Assembly: GCA_950097015.1 (NCBI GenBank)
Contig: CATNEN010000031.1
Location: 930,001-994,000, forward strand
From: Macrostomum hystrix
Taxonomy: Eukaryota; Animalia; Platyhelminthes
DNA length: 64,000 bases
Direction: 5' to 3'
The translations under genes were made by a program, and so were the position numbers. The notes under the pieces are model-generated. The model was given only the letters and a program-made list of their open reading frames with translations. It ran no database searches and was not told the DNA's origin. The first letter of the stretch is position 1. The number at the start of each line of letters is the position of its first letter. This document shows positions 23,650-37,705 of the stretch, in pieces.

Positions 23650-25010
23650 GTGGACTCAATTTTGAGCACATTTCAAATAGGTCAGCTACTAGCTTGGTTC
23701 AATGAGCCAGTGGACTCAATTTTGAGCACAAATCAAATAGGTCAGCCACTAGGCTGGGTCAATGAGTCAGTGGACTCAATTTCAAGAACATTTCAAATGG
23801 GTCAGCTAATAGACTTGGCAATGAGCCAGTGGACACAATTTTAAGCACAAATCAAATGGGTCAGCTACTAGACTGGGTCAATGAGCCAGTGGACTCAATT
23901 TTGAGCACAAATCAAATGGGTCAGCTACTAGACTGGGTCAATGAGTCAGTGGACTCAATTTTGAGCACATTTCAAATAGGTCAGCTACTAGATTGGGTCA
24001 ATGAGTCAGTGGACACAATTTTAAGCACAAATCAAATGGGTCAGCTACTAGACTGGGTCAATGAGCCAGTGGACTCAATTTTGAGCACAAATCAAATGGG
24101 TCAGCTACTAGACTGGGTCAATGAGCCAGTGGACTCAATTTTGAGCACAAATCAAATGGGTCAGCTACTAGACTGGGTCAATGAGCCAGTGGACACAATT
24201 TTAAGCACAAATCAAATGGGTCAGCTACTAGACTGGGTCAATGAGCCAGTGGACTCAATTTTGAGCACAAATCAAATGGGTCAGCTACTAGACTGGGTCA
24301 ATGAGCCAGTGGACACAATTTTAAGCACAAATCAAATGGTTCAGCTAATAGACTGGGTCAATGAGCCAGTGGACACAATTTTAAGCACAAATCAAATGGG
24401 TCAGCTACTAGACTGGGTCAATGAGCCAGTGGACTCAATTTTGAGCACAAATCAAATGGGTCAGCTACTAGACTGGGTCAATGAGCCAGTGGACACAATT
24501 TTAAGCACAAATCAAATGGTTCAGCTAATAGACTGGGTCAATGAGCCAGTGGACACAATTTTAAGCACAAATCAAATGGGTCAGCTACTAGACTGGGTCA
24601 ATGAGCCAGTGGACTCAATTTTGAGCACAAATCAAATGGGTCAGCTACTAGACTGGGTCAATGAGCCAGTGGACTCAATTTTGAGCACAAATCAAATGGG
24701 TCAGCTACTAGACTGGGTCAATGAGCCAGTGGACTCAATTTTGAGCACAAATCAAATGGGTCAGCTAATAGACTGGGTCAATGAGCCAGTGGACTCAATT
24801 TTGAGCACAAATCAAATGGGTCAGCTACTAGACTGGGTCAATGAGCCAGTGGACTCAATTTTGAGCACAAATCAAATGGGTCAGCTACTAGACTGGGTCA
24901 ATGAGCCAGTGGACACAATTTTGAGCACAAATCAAATCAAATAGGTCAACTACTAGCTTGGTTTAATGAGTCAGTGGACTCAATTTTGAGCACAATTCAA
25001 ATAGGTCAAA
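23650..25010. repeat. Minisatellite, 60-bp unit, about 22 copies, upstream of the TAF2 start
   Basis: Exact 60-nt line-to-line periodicity in the sequence. Confidence 0.97.
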
Positions 25011-25487
25011 ACAATCAGAAAGAAATTAAAATATAAAAACAACGTTTACTTACAAATTGATACATTCAATCATGCAAACAGACATTAAAAAATGCACAAG
25101 TTTATGGCTAGAGCATTTAAAATGTATAATAATTTGTATACGAGTATAATTAGCCTAATAATTTAACAGTCATAATAAACAAGGCTTTCAAAATCGAATG
25201 GATTTTATTACGCTTGATTTAAGCTGTCGACTATTAATAAATTCTAACAAAAATATGCGCAAAGCACTGCTTCCAAATTGCTAACAGTAGTATATAAGGC
25301 AAATGTGACAGCACTGTTGTTGAAAAATAGAATGAAGAATAACGAACTAGTAAACTGCATTGCAACCGGAACCGGATCATACTGTGAGTAGAAGGGAAGC
25401 ATTTTTGCCTATTCGTGCTAACAAAACATAACAGCTATATTTTTTATACCTATACCGCCCCGAACACTAACAAGTTTGGCAATCCCA

Positions 25488-25705
25488 GTGCACTCAACCA
25501 GTCTCAATCCCACAGCCAGTGTACTCAACCAGTCTCAATCCCACAGCCAGTGTACTCAACCAGTCTCAATCCCACAGCCAGTGTACTCAACCAGTCTCAA
25601 TCCCACAGCCAGTGTACTCAACCAGTCTCAATCCCACAGCCAGTGTACTCAACCAGTCTCAATCCCACAGCCAGTGTACTCAACCAGTCTCAATCCCACA
25701 GCCCG
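25488..25705. repeat. Minisatellite, 31-bp unit CAGTGTACTCAACCAGTCTCAATCCCACAGC, about 7 copies, just 3' of the XYLT stop
   Basis: Direct reading. Confidence 0.93.
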
Positions 25706-25750
25706 TGTACTCAACCAGTCTCCACACCCCACAGGCACACAGCAGTGAAG

Positions 25751-28700
25751 CTAGGGTTGCCGCAGGTAGCCGGTGAGGGGGTCGAGGCCGCCCAGTGAGT
25801 AGCGGGGATCGGGATAACGGGTGCTCCACTCGGATCCTGAGCACAGATCAGTGAGGCCGACAATACCGGGACAGGCGGAGGCTGCGTCCGAGTGTCTGCA
25901 GACTGCCTCCAGGCGGTAACGCCTGCCCAGCAATTGTAGCGCCAGGGCAGTCTCGGCAACTTGACTGGAGGCTGCTGATTGGTCGCCAGCGTGACTGATG
26001 GATTTCAGCTCGGATACTAGCCTAGGCGGCACTGCGTTGAACAGAGCCAGGTACTGAGGCGAGCTGGGATCCGGCTTCACCGGCTCCAACTGTTGGTTGC
26101 CATGGCGACCGTTGACTGGCAACAGTGCGAATTCGCATTCGGCCACAGCTGAGGCTGGCGACGGAGGCTGCCGTTCGTCGATGAGCAACAGGCGCCAGAC
26201 GCCGGGCTCCAGGCCGCCGGGAGCCTGCAGCTCCGTGCAGCCGACTTCTTCGACGCCGGATCCGGCCGTACTGTGCTCAAGCTGCGGCACGCTGAGCTGG
26301 AAGGCCGACCGGATGGCACCGTCCGGGTCCATCAGCAGGAAGGTGGCGGTTACGGCTGGTCCGGGGCCCCAGGCGTAGCGCAGCTGAAGGCCGGCTTCGG
26401 AGGCGGATTGGCCGCCGGGCAGCAGAGACAGGCGATTGCGGAAGAAGCCCTCCTTCCAGTCGTACTGGCGGCCAACCTGTTAAACATTGCGTTGGGAATG
26501 AATGTTTCGAAGATGTTCAACTTTGAAACCACGCGTCACGTGACCTCCTGGGTTCCTTGGAACCATCTGAATTTTTCGGAGGTCACTTGACTCCCTCGGT
26601 TTCCTGGAACGTTCCGAATAAATAGGAGAGGTCACGTGACCCCCTGGGTTCCCTGGAACCATCCGAATATATCGGAGAGGTCACTTGACTCCCTTCAGTT
26701 CCCTGGAACCTTACGAAAATATCGGAGAGGTCACTTGACTCCCCTCAGTTCCCTGGAACCTTACGAAAATATCGGAGAGGTCATTCGATCCCCCTCGGCT
26801 CCCTGGAACATTTCGAATTTTATCGGAGGTCACATGACCCCCTGGGCTCAAGAAACCAAGCGTCGGGTAGGTCCGGCCGATCCCAAAGGATATTTATGTA
26901 CCTCAAACTGTTTATATCTAGCGGAGATCACAGATGTGGCGTTGCTTCCGTCTAACTGCTGCTGCTGCTGCTGCTGAATGCGAACAGACAAGCCGGAGCC
27001 GACGCCCTCTCGCAGGCTAAACTGAGCATCTAGCATCAGTGGCGAACGATCACTCAGATTCGTCTGGCCGCTGTCACCGGATCCGCCGACTGACACAGTC
27101 AGCACGGGGCCCTGAAATGCATCCTCCAGGTAATACTCGGTCACCTCAACAACTCCAACACCATTGAGACTGGCTGAGCAGGTCTTAGACAGCAACTCAA
27201 CACTCAGCAGCCTGGACAGGTAGCCGGCGGCCGCCTTCTGCAGCGAATTAGCGCTGACATTGTCGAACGCGCTCTGCCAGTACCGCGGACGGCCCAGCCG
27301 ATGACCGCCAAGTCGACCTGACGAACTTGTCGACACGGCGTCGATGGCAGCGACACTGATTGTTGGATCGAATTTTCTAGCAAAGAACACGTTACTGCTG
27401 GCTGGGGCTACTGAGGCCGAAGAAGACAGCGCTGAGACGGCGTCGGCTGCGGCGGAGCCGCGGTACACCATAGGGCTGCAGCCGCACCAGTCAGCCACCG
27501 GAAGGTGCTGGCATCGGCAGCCGCGCTTCCGATCCCAGTTAATGAGGCGCAGATTAGAGTTGGCGACACGGCCGCACAGCTCGGTGTTCTGGGCGATGGT
27601 GTGGAATACGGACTCGACTGCGGACCGACAGGCGGGTGGGCGTAGCTTTGATAATCTTCGAATCCCAATCAGTAATCCCTGATTCTTAAATTCTAATCCT
27701 CTAATCCCGATCATTAATCCCAGAATCCCAGGTACCAATCCTCTAATCCCGTTCAGTTATTGCAGAATCCCAAATCCCAATTCTCTAATCCCGATCAGTA
27801 ATCCCAGAATCCCAAATACCAATCCTCTAATCCCGATCATCAGTAATTCCAGAATCCCAAATACCAATCTTCTAAACCCGATCATCAGTAAACCCAGAAT
27901 CCTAGATACTAATCCTCTAATCCCGATCAGTAATCCCAGAATCCCAAATACTAATCCTCTAATCCCGATGAGTTATTCCAGAATCCCAGATACTAATCCT
28001 CTAATCCCGATCAGTTATTGCAGAATCCCAAATACTAATCCTCTAATCCCGATCAGTTATTCCAGAATCCCAAATACTAATCCTCTCATCCCGATCAGTT
28101 ATTCCAGAATCCCAAATACTAATCCTCTCATCCCGATCAGTTATTCCAGAATCCCAAATACTAATCCTCTCATCCCGATCAGTTATTGCAGAATCCCAAA
28201 TACTAATCCTCTCATCCCGATCAGTTATTGCAGAATCCCAAATACTAATCCTCTCATCCCGATCAGTTATTGCAGAATCCCAAATACTAATCCTCTAATC
28301 CCGATCAGTTATTGCAGAATCCCAAATACTAATCCTCTCATCCCGATCAGTTATTGCAGAATCCCAAATACTAATCCTCTAATCCCGATCAGTTATTGCA
28401 GAATCCCAAATACTAATCCTCTCATCCCGATCAGTTATTGCAGAATCCCAAATACTAATCCTCTAATCCCGATCAGTTATTGCAGAATCCCAAATACTAA
28501 TCCTCTCATCCCGATCAGTTATTGCAGAATCCCAAATACTAATCCTCTCATCCCGATCAGTTATTGCAGAATCCCAAATACTAATCCTCTCATCCCGATC
28601 AGTTATTCCAGAATCCCAGATACTAATCCTCTAATCCCGATCAGTTATTGCAGAATCCCAAATACTAATCCTCTAATCCCGATCAGTTATTGCAGACTCC

Positions 28701-31700
28701 CAAATACTAATCCTCTAATCCCGATCAGTTATTCCAGAATCCCAAATACTAATCCTCTAATCCCGATCAGTTATTCCAGAATCCCAGATACTAATCCTCT
28801 AATCCCGATCAGTTATTGCAGAATCCCAAATACTAATCCTCTAATCCCGATCAGTTATTCCAGAATCCCAGATACTAATCCTCTAATCCCGATCAGTTAT
28901 TGCAGAATCCCAAATACTAATCCTCTCATCCCGATCAGTTATTCCAGAATCCCAGATACTAATCCTCTAATCCCGATCAGTTATTCCAGAATCCCAAATA
29001 CTAATCCTCTAATCCCGATCAGTTATTGCAGAATCCCAAATACTAATCCTCTAATCCCGATCAGTTATTGCAGAATCCCAGATACTAATCCTCTAATCCC
29101 GATCAGTTATTCCAGAATCCCAAATACTAATCCTCTCATCCCGATCAGTTATTGCAGAATCCCAAATACTAATCCTCTAATCCCGATCAGTTATTCCAGA
29201 ATCCCAAATACTAATCCTCTCATCCCGATCAGTTATTCCAGAATCCCAGATACTAATCCTCTCATCCCGATCAGTTATTGCAGAATCTCAAATACTAATC
29301 CTCTAATCCCGATCAGTTATTCCAGAATCCCAAATACTAATCCTCTCATCCCGATCAGTTATTGCAGAATCCCAGATACTAATCCTCTAATCCCGATCAG
29401 TTATTCCAGAATCCCAAATACTAATCCTCTAATCCCGATCAGTTATTCCAGAATCCCAGATACTAATCCTCTAATCCCGATCAGTTATTCCAGAATCCCA
29501 GATACTAATCCTCTAATCCCGATCAGTTATTCCAGAATCCCAGATACTAATCCTCTAATCCCGATCAGTTATTGCAGAATCCCAGATACTAATCCTCTCA
29601 TCCCGATCAGTTATTGCAGAATCCCAAATACTAATCCTCTAATCCCGATCAGTTATTCCAGAATCCCAAATACTAATCCTCTCATCCCGATCAGTTATTG
29701 CAGAATCCCAGATACTAATCCTCTAATCCCGATCAGTTATTCCAGAATCCCAAATACTAATCCTCTAATCCCGATCAGTTATTCCAGAATCCCAGATACT
29801 AATCCTCTCATCCCGATCAGTTATTGCAGAATCCCAAATACTAATCCTCTAATCCCGATCAGTTATTCCAGAATCCCAAATACTAATCCTCTAATCCCGA
29901 TCAGTTATTCCAGAATCCCAGATACTAATCCTCTAATCCCGATCAGTTATTCCAGAATCCCAGATACTAATCCTCTAATCCCGATCAGTTATTCCAGAAT
30001 CCCAGATACTAATCCTCTAATCCCGATCAGTTATTGCAGAATCCCAGATACTAATCCTCTCATCCCGATCAGTTATTGCAGAATCCCAAATACTAATCCT
30101 CTAATCCCGATCAGTTATTCCAGAATCCCAGATACTAATCCTCTAATCCCGATCAGTTATTCCAGAATCCCAGATACTAATCCTCTAATCCCGATCAGTT
30201 ATTCCAGAATCCCAAATACTAATCCTCTAATCCCGATCAGTTATTCCAGAATCCCAGATACTAATCCTCTAATCCCGATCAGTTATTCCAGAATCCCAGA
30301 TACTAATCCTCTAATCCCGATCAGTTATTGCAGAATCCCAGATACTAATCCTCTAATCCCGATCAGTTATTCCAGAATCCCAGATACTAATCATCTAATC
30401 CCGATCAGTTATTCCAGAATCCCAGATACTAATCCTCTAATCCCGATCAGTTATTGCAGAATCCCAAATACTAATCCTCTAATCCCGATCAGTTATTGCA
30501 GAATCCCAAATACTAATCCTCTAATCCCGATCAGTTATTGCAGAATCCCAAATACTAATCCTCTCATCCCGATCAGTTATTGCAGAATCCCAAATACTAA
30601 TCCTCTCAACCCGATCAGTTATTGCAGAATCCCAAATACTAATCCTCTAATCCCGATCAGTTATTCCAGAATCCCAAATACTAATCCTCTCATCCCGATC
30701 AGTTATTGCAGAATCCCAAATACTAATCCTCTCATCCCGATCAGTTATTGCAGAATCCCAAATACTAATCCTCTCATCCCGATCAGTTATTGCAGAATCC
30801 CAAATACTAATCCTCTAATCCCGATCAGTTATTCCAGAATCCCAAATACTAATCCTCTCATCCCGATCAGTTATTCCAGAATCCCAGATACTAATCCTCT
30901 CATCCCGATCAGTTATTGCAGAATCTCAAATACTAATCCTCTAATCCCGATCAGTTATTCCAGAATCCCAAATACTAATCCTCTCATCCCGATCAGTTAT
31001 TGCAGAATCCCAGATACTAATCCTCTAATCCCGATCAGTTATTCCAGAATCCCAAATACTAATCCTCTAATCCCGATCAGTTATTCCAGAATCCCAGATA
31101 CTAATCCTCTAATCCCGATCAGTTATTCCAGAATCCCAGATACTAATCCTCTAATCCCGATCAGTTATTCCAGAATCCCAAATACTAATCCTCTCATCCC
31201 GATCAGTTATTGCAGAATCCCAAATACTAATCCTCTCATCCCGATCAGTTATTGCAGAATCCCAAATACTAATCCTCTCATCCCGATCAGTTATTCCAGA
31301 ATCCCAGATACTAATCCTCTCATCCCGATCAGTTATTGCAGAATCCCAAATACTAATCCTCTAATCCCGATCAGTTATTCCAGAATCCCAAATACTAATC
31401 CTCTCATCCCGATCAGTTATTGCAGAATCCCAGATACTAATCCTCTAATCCCGATCAGTTATTCCAGAATCCCAAATACTAATCCTCTAATCCCGATCAG
31501 TTATTCCAGAATCCCAGATACTAATCCTCTCATCCCGATCAGTTATTGCAGAATCCCAGATACTAATCCTCTAATCCCGATCAGTTATTCCAGAATCCCA
31601 AATACTAATCCTCTAATCCCGATCAGTTATTCCAGAATCCCAGATACTAATCCTCTAATCCCGATCAGTTATTCCAGAATCCCAGATACTAATCCTCTAA

Positions 31701-34590
31701 TCCCGATCAGTTATTCCAGAATCCCAGATACTAATCCTCTAATCCCGATCAGTTATTGCAGAATCCCAGATACTAATCCTCTCATCCCGATCAGTTATTG
31801 CAGAATCCCAAATACTAATCCTCTAATCCCGATCAGTTATTCCAGAATCCCAAATACTAATCCTCTCATCCCGATCAGTTATTGCAGAATCCCAGATACT
31901 AATCCTCTAATCCCGATCAGTTATTCCAGAATCCCAAATACTAATCCTCTAATCCCGATCAGTTATTCCAGAATCCCAGATACTAATCCTCTCATCCCGA
32001 TCAGTTATTGCAGAATCCCAGATACTAATCCTCTAATCCCGATCAGTTATTCCAGAATCCCAAATAATAATCCTCTAATCCCGATCAGTTATTCCAGAAT
32101 CCCAGATACTAATCCTCTAATCCCGATCAGTTATTCCAGAATCCCAGATACTAATCCTCTAATCCCGATCAGTTATTCCAGAATCCCAGATACTAATCCT
32201 CTAATCCCGATCAGTTATTGCAGAATCCCAGATACTAATCCTCTCATCCCGATCAGTTATTGCAGAATCCCAAATACTAATCCTCTAATCCCGATCAGTT
32301 ATTCCAGAATCCCAGATACTAATCCTCTAATCCCGATCAGTTATTCCAGAATCCCAGATACTAATCCTCTAATCCCGATCAGTTATTCCAGAATCCCAAA
32401 TACTAATCCTCTAATCCCGATCAGTTATTCCAGAATCCCAGATACTAATCCTCTAATCCCGATCAGTTATTCCAGAATCCCAGATACTAATCCTCTAATC
32501 CCGATCAGTTATTGCAGAATCCCAGATACTAATCCTCTAATCCCGATCAGTTATTCCAGAATCCCAGATACTAATCATCTAATCCCGATCAGTTATTCCA
32601 GAATCCCAGATACTAATCCTCTAATCCCGATCAGTTATTGCAGAATCCCAAATACTAATCCTCTAATCCCGATCAGTTATTGCAGAATCCCAAATACTAA
32701 TCCTCTCATCCCGATCAGTTATTGCAGAATCCCAAATACTAATCCTCTAATCCCGATCAGTTATTCCAGAATCCCAAATACTAATCCTCTCATCCCGATC
32801 AGTTATTGCAGAATCCCAAATACTAATCCTCTCATCCCGATCAGTTATTGCAGAATCCCAAATACTAATCCTCTAATCCCGATCAGTTATTGCAGAATCC
32901 CAAATACTAATCCTCTCATCCTGATCAGTAATCCTCTAATCCCATCCCTATGATTCGTCTTACGATCCCGATCTCAAATTGCAATCAGTAATCTTTAAAT
33001 CCTGATAGTTAATCTGTGAAACTCGGTCGCTAATCCTCCGATCCACACGCCACACGAATCTTGATCGCTAATCCAGGAATCTTGGATTAAATCGGCCAGT
33101 CTAGCCCCTTAAATCTAGTTTTGAACTCACCCGGCAGCAGGCCGTATCTGAAGTAGTCCACAATATTAGCCACCGCAGTACCATTGCTTTCTAGTTCGGC
33201 CATAACAAACTGCACAAACTCTCGATTTAGTGTCAACCAATCAGAGCCGCCGTCAAATAGCAGGCCTTCTATTGGCTCCCGATCGCCTAGGAAGTACATG
33301 TGATTGTCGCATTGCACAAAGTAGCGCTCTATGGCCTGCTTGCGCATGAAGTCGCTGTAATTGCCGGAATGGGAGGCCAGGAAGCTGAGATGCCGCATCT
33401 CGGTCAGGTAGGCGGTCAGTTGAGGATTAGGCCTGATTGGATAATCCGACTCGCTCAGATTGATGACGTAATCCCAGTGCCAGTCGGTGTTGAGCAGGAG
33501 GTCACGAAATGCGGCCAGCATGAGGTCCAATAGGCCGGTGCCGCCCCAGATTGTGGGAAACCGACTCTGCATTAGGCGCACGTTAGCGAATCTGTAATTA
33601 TAAATTATAGTAATGAGATTGGGATCGCCTACTGACAGTAGAGCCTGGTGCGCATATATATTTATCTGAACTCAATCTGACGATTAAAATAAGAGACAAA
33701 CTGAAAATGAGTACCAACATGCTCATTACTCACCTGTTCTCAAGCGGCAGCAGCGATTCGTACATATAATCATCCCTTGAGTCCACGTGAATATAATAAT
33801 AATGATTGACATAGTACAGAGCCGAAAACAGCCGCATCACCTGGCGGACACCCCGGCCGCTGAGCGTCATCAGGTAGACTATTCGAACTCGATCGTTCTC
33901 CCAGCTGTAGGATTCGAACTCGGGACCGTAGGCCGGAGCAACGTGCGATAAAACAATGGAACTGGCGTTCAAACCGGTCCCCGCAATCCAATAGGCATTG
34001 TTGTGGCCACCATGTGGGAGCATTGTGCAGTTGGCAAAGCCGACAGCAAGCGGCCAGCCGCAGCCGGCATTCAGCAGCTGCAAGCAGACGCAGCCGGATT
34101 CGCCAGAGCCAGCCAATCGATAGCCGGCCTCGCGACAATGAGCGGCGCAATCAGCGCTACTCGCAGCCTTCGCCAACTCGTACGGATACAACTGACAGGC
34201 ATTGTCAGTGTCGGCTGCCAGGGCGAGACGATAACAGCCCGCGCCAGTCGGCGTGCCGGGAAGCCTAGCCGGACATCCGGCCGACGGCTGGCCTGGCGGC
34301 GAGCGTTGCCGATACGGCAAACGGCCGGATTCGAAGGCGCAAGCTACGCGAAGCAGTCGCCGACGACATTCGGGATCTACAGCGCGATCTACAGCGTAGC
34401 GGGCGCGCTCGGAGCGCAGGCGGCAGCCGTCCTCCGGCGACCTGGGACCGTCTGGCAGCGGCTCCCAGTTGGCCAGTTGCAGTCGATGCTCGCTTGCAAA
34501 ATAATCCGATCGAAATAACAAATAAAAACCTATAAAGGCTAATGCTGCTACTAACAGTAGCTGGCCTAGCCGCCGAGGCGAACGAGTCAT
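25751..34590 (-). CDS. XYLT: Protein O-xylosyltransferase (invertebrate oxt/sqv-6 type, with N-terminal TM anchor and WSC-like domain), 4 exons (34590-33734, 33591-33131, 27617-26902, 26476-25751), about 919 aa
   Basis: Type II anchor; Cys-rich WSC-like segment; HYYYIHVDSR, TIWGG..LL, WDYVINLSESDYP, DGGSDW, LLPVESVFHT, NLRLINWDRKRGCRCQH...DWCGCSP, FFARKFD, EVGRQYDWKE. Phase-consistent introns; total 2760 nt. Confidence 0.93.
26530..26850. repeat. Degenerate tandem repeat (CGGAGAGGTCAC..TGAC..CCCTGGAAC), XYLT intron 3
   Basis: About 5 diverged copies. Confidence 0.75.
27660..32945. repeat. Large minisatellite, 39-bp unit CCGATCAGTTATT(G/C)CAGAATCCCA(A/G)ATACTAATCCTCT(A/C)ATC, about 130 copies, XYLT intron 2
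   Basis: Direct reading; 13-aa periodicity of the 1661-aa repeat ORF. Confidence 0.98.
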
Positions 34591-34714
34591 GCTGGGGAAT
34601 GGCTGGTGAGCAGCCGCCTGGCGACTCGGATTTTTCCGCTGTTGCTAAGCAGCTGGAAAAACAGTTGAAAGCCGTTGCTGCGAACAAAAATATACTAAAA
34701 GCATGGGGAGGTCT

Positions 34715-35210
34715 GTCAGGATAGGGATATCTGTAGAGACTAAAGGATAGGGATATTTGTAGTGACTAAAGGATAGGGATATCTGTAGATACTGAAGGCT
34801 AGGAATATCTGTAGATACTGAAGGATAGGGATATCTGTAGATACTGAAGGATAGGGATATCTGTAGAGACTGAAGGATAGGGATATCTGTAGTGACTGAA
34901 GGATAGGGATATCTGTAGATACTGAAGGATAGGGATATCTGTAGATACTGAAGGATAGGGATATCTGTAGATACTGAAGGATAGGGATATCTGTAGATAC
35001 TGAAGGATAGGGATATCTGTAGATACTGAAGGATAGGGATATCTGTAGATACTGAAGGATAGGGATATCTGTAGATACTGAAGGATAGGGATATCTGTAG
35101 ATACTGAAGGATAGGGATATCTGTAGATACTGAAGGATAGGGATATCTGTAGATACTGAAGGATAGGGATATCTGTAGATACTGAAGGATAGGGATATCT
35201 GTAGAGACTC
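34715..35210. repeat. Minisatellite, 26-bp unit GAAGGATAGGGATATCTGTAGATACT, about 19 copies
   Basis: Direct reading. Confidence 0.95.
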
Positions 35211-35679
35211 ATTGACCACATGTGGTTGGTGCGGCTTAAGAAAGTAAAGTCTTATAATAAAATTGTTAGAAACTAGCCGTGTACTATCTGCTTGCATTTG
35301 GCCCTTCTATTGGGGGCTGATGAAGTGTTTGTTTATTTATCGGAGGAAATAGACATGCTTAGGCGTAACATAATTAGAAAATTAATATAACAATACTGTA
35401 TACTCGTACAGTATTGTTATATTACAATATTGCAAGGTTTTCTCTAATGCCAAGCATAAGAAAGACAAAGCATAGGTAGTGTCACTAAAACTCACATAAA
35501 GCAGTTATCTATATGACAAATTGCAGACAGACTAAAATAAAAGCGAAAAAATCAGAATACAAGCTAGACACAATTCGTAATTCTTTTGAGTACACTGACC
35601 AGCTATACCAAGCAAAGGAAGATTTTGATTTAATAGTCTTATTAGACCGCCGTTATAAATTAATGGCGAAACGGCGATC

Positions 35680-36630
35680 TACTGAAGAACGCCAGGGGTA
35701 GAATCGGCGATCTACTGAAGAACACCAGTGGGTGGAATCGGCGATCTACTGAAGAACGCCAGGGGGTAGAATTGACGATCTACTGAAAAACACCAGGGAA
35801 GAATCGGCGATCTACTGAAGAACAGCAGCGGGTAGAATCGGCGATCTACTGAAGAACGCCAGGGGGTAGAATCGGCGATCTACTGAAGAACGCCAGGGGG
35901 TAGAATTGACGATCTACTGAAAAACACCAGGGAAGAATCGGCGATCTACTGAAGAACAGCAGCGGGTAGAATCGGCGATCTACTGAAGAACGCCAGGGGG
36001 TAGAATCGGCGATCTACTGAAGAACAGCAGGGGGTAGAATCGGCGATCTACTGAAGAACAGCAGGGGGTAGAATCGGCGATCTACTGAAGAACAGCAGGG
36101 GGTAGAATCGGCGATCTACTGAAGAACAGCAGCGGGTAGAATCGGCGATCTACTGAAGAACAGCAGGGGGTAGAATCGGCGATCTACTGAAGAACAGCAG
36201 GGGTAGAATCGGGGATCTACTGAAGAACACCAGTGGGTGGAATCGGCGATCTACTGAAGAACACCAGTGGGTGGAATTGACGATCTACTGAAGAACGCCA
36301 GGGGTAGAATCGGCGATCTACTGAAGAAAACCAGGGGGTACAATCGGTGATCTACTGAAGAACACCTGGGGGTAGAATTGACGATCTACTGAAGAACGCC
36401 AGGGGGTAGAATTGACGATCTACTGAAAAACACCAGGGAAGAATTGGCGATCTACTGAAGAACACCAGTGGGTGGAATCGGCGATCTACTGAAGAACAGC
36501 AGGGGGTAGAATCGGCGATCTACTGAAGAACGCCAGGTGGTAGAATCGGCGATCTACTGAAGAACAGCAGGGGGTAGAATCGGTGATCTACTGAAGAACA
36601 GCAGGGGTAGAATCGGGGATCTACTGAAAG
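35680..36630. repeat. Minisatellite, about 34-bp unit AGAATCGGCGATCTACTGAAGAACAGCAGGGGGT, about 28 copies, starting right after the JOSD stop
   Basis: Direct reading. Confidence 0.95.
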
Positions 36631-36637
36631 GCTAGAA

Positions 36638-37705
36638 TCAGGTGTCGGGTGGCTCTGCGAGCTGCCAGTCGCCAGATTCAGCAGCCTCAGGCAGCACAAC
36701 TGGCAGGATCTGCAAGCTGCTGTCAGCCTCTGACCGAGTGTGCAGATAGCGGACTAGATCAGCTGATTGGCCAATGACCTGCGGCTGGGGCAGCTTGGAG
36801 TCCAGGTTGTAGTAGACGCCGTCAGGTCCGCATTTTCGCAAGGCCACCCAGTGATTGGAGCGGAACAGGGGCACCAGAGAGCAGGTGACCGATCGATGAT
36901 TCACTAGGAAGCCCTCGATGCGGTCAGGCAGCAGGCAGGAGACAGGCTTGCGCCGATCGAACCAGACTAGGCGGAGGCCGCAGCTTTGCAGGGCCGCGTC
37001 AAGCACGTTCACGTCGTAGTTGCCAAGGCCGAGGGGATTGCGATGGGGATTTATCGGCCAGGCCTGCTGGGATTTGAGAGGGGTCTACTCGTTTGAGCAG
37101 CTCAATTGATTTCTTTACCGACTACTATGACTCTGTCTACTATCCCTACTATCCCTATCTAAATCCCTGTCTACTACCGCAATCAACTATCCCTGTCTAC
37201 TAACCCAATCTACTTCCCTGTCTACTACCCCAATCTACTTCCCTGTCTACTACCCCAATCTACTTCCCTGTCTACTAACCCAATCTACTTCCCTGTCTAC
37301 TACCCCAATCTACTTCCCTGTCTACTACCCCAATCTACTTCCCTGTCTACTACCCCAATCAACTTCCCTGACAACTATCCCTATCTACTACCCCAATCTA
37401 CTTCCCTATCTACTATCCCTGTCTACTACCCGAATCAACTATCCCTGACTAATATCCGTGACTACTATTCCCAGGGTCTACTATCTAGCTATCTTACTAT
37501 CCCCAGTCCAGATTTCTCTCCCCATTCCCAGCTAACTCACCCGAGTCGGTGACAGTGACTGGCAGAGCTGGTCGAACTTGGTCTGCGTGAATTCCGGCCG
37601 CTGCAGCAGATTGTTAGCCGCGTGAACCGCGCATAGCAACAGGCGCTGACGCTCGTGATAGGGCGAAGCTGTAACTGCTTGTTGCTGCTGCTGCTGCTGC
37701 TGCAT
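36638..37705 (-). CDS. JOSD1: Josephin-domain deubiquitinase (JOSD1/2-like), 2 exons (37705-37541, 37063-36638), about 196 aa
   Basis: YHERQRLLLCAVHAANNLLQ (catalytic Cys), NPHRNPLGLGNYDVNV, HWVALR (catalytic His), YYNLDSKL. Phase-0 GTGAGT..CAG intron. JOSD1 versus JOSD2 cannot be resolved. Confidence 0.92.
37140..37500. repeat. Minisatellite, 25-bp unit CTACTACCCCAATCTACTTCCCTGT, JOSD intron
   Basis: Direct reading. Confidence 0.9.

Noticed and set aside
27968-32953. 1661-aa ORF (IPISYCRIPNTNPL)n
   Set aside because: A 39-bp unit (multiple of 3) with no stop in one frame gives this automatically. It lies antisense inside XYLT intron 2 with no unique coding flanks.
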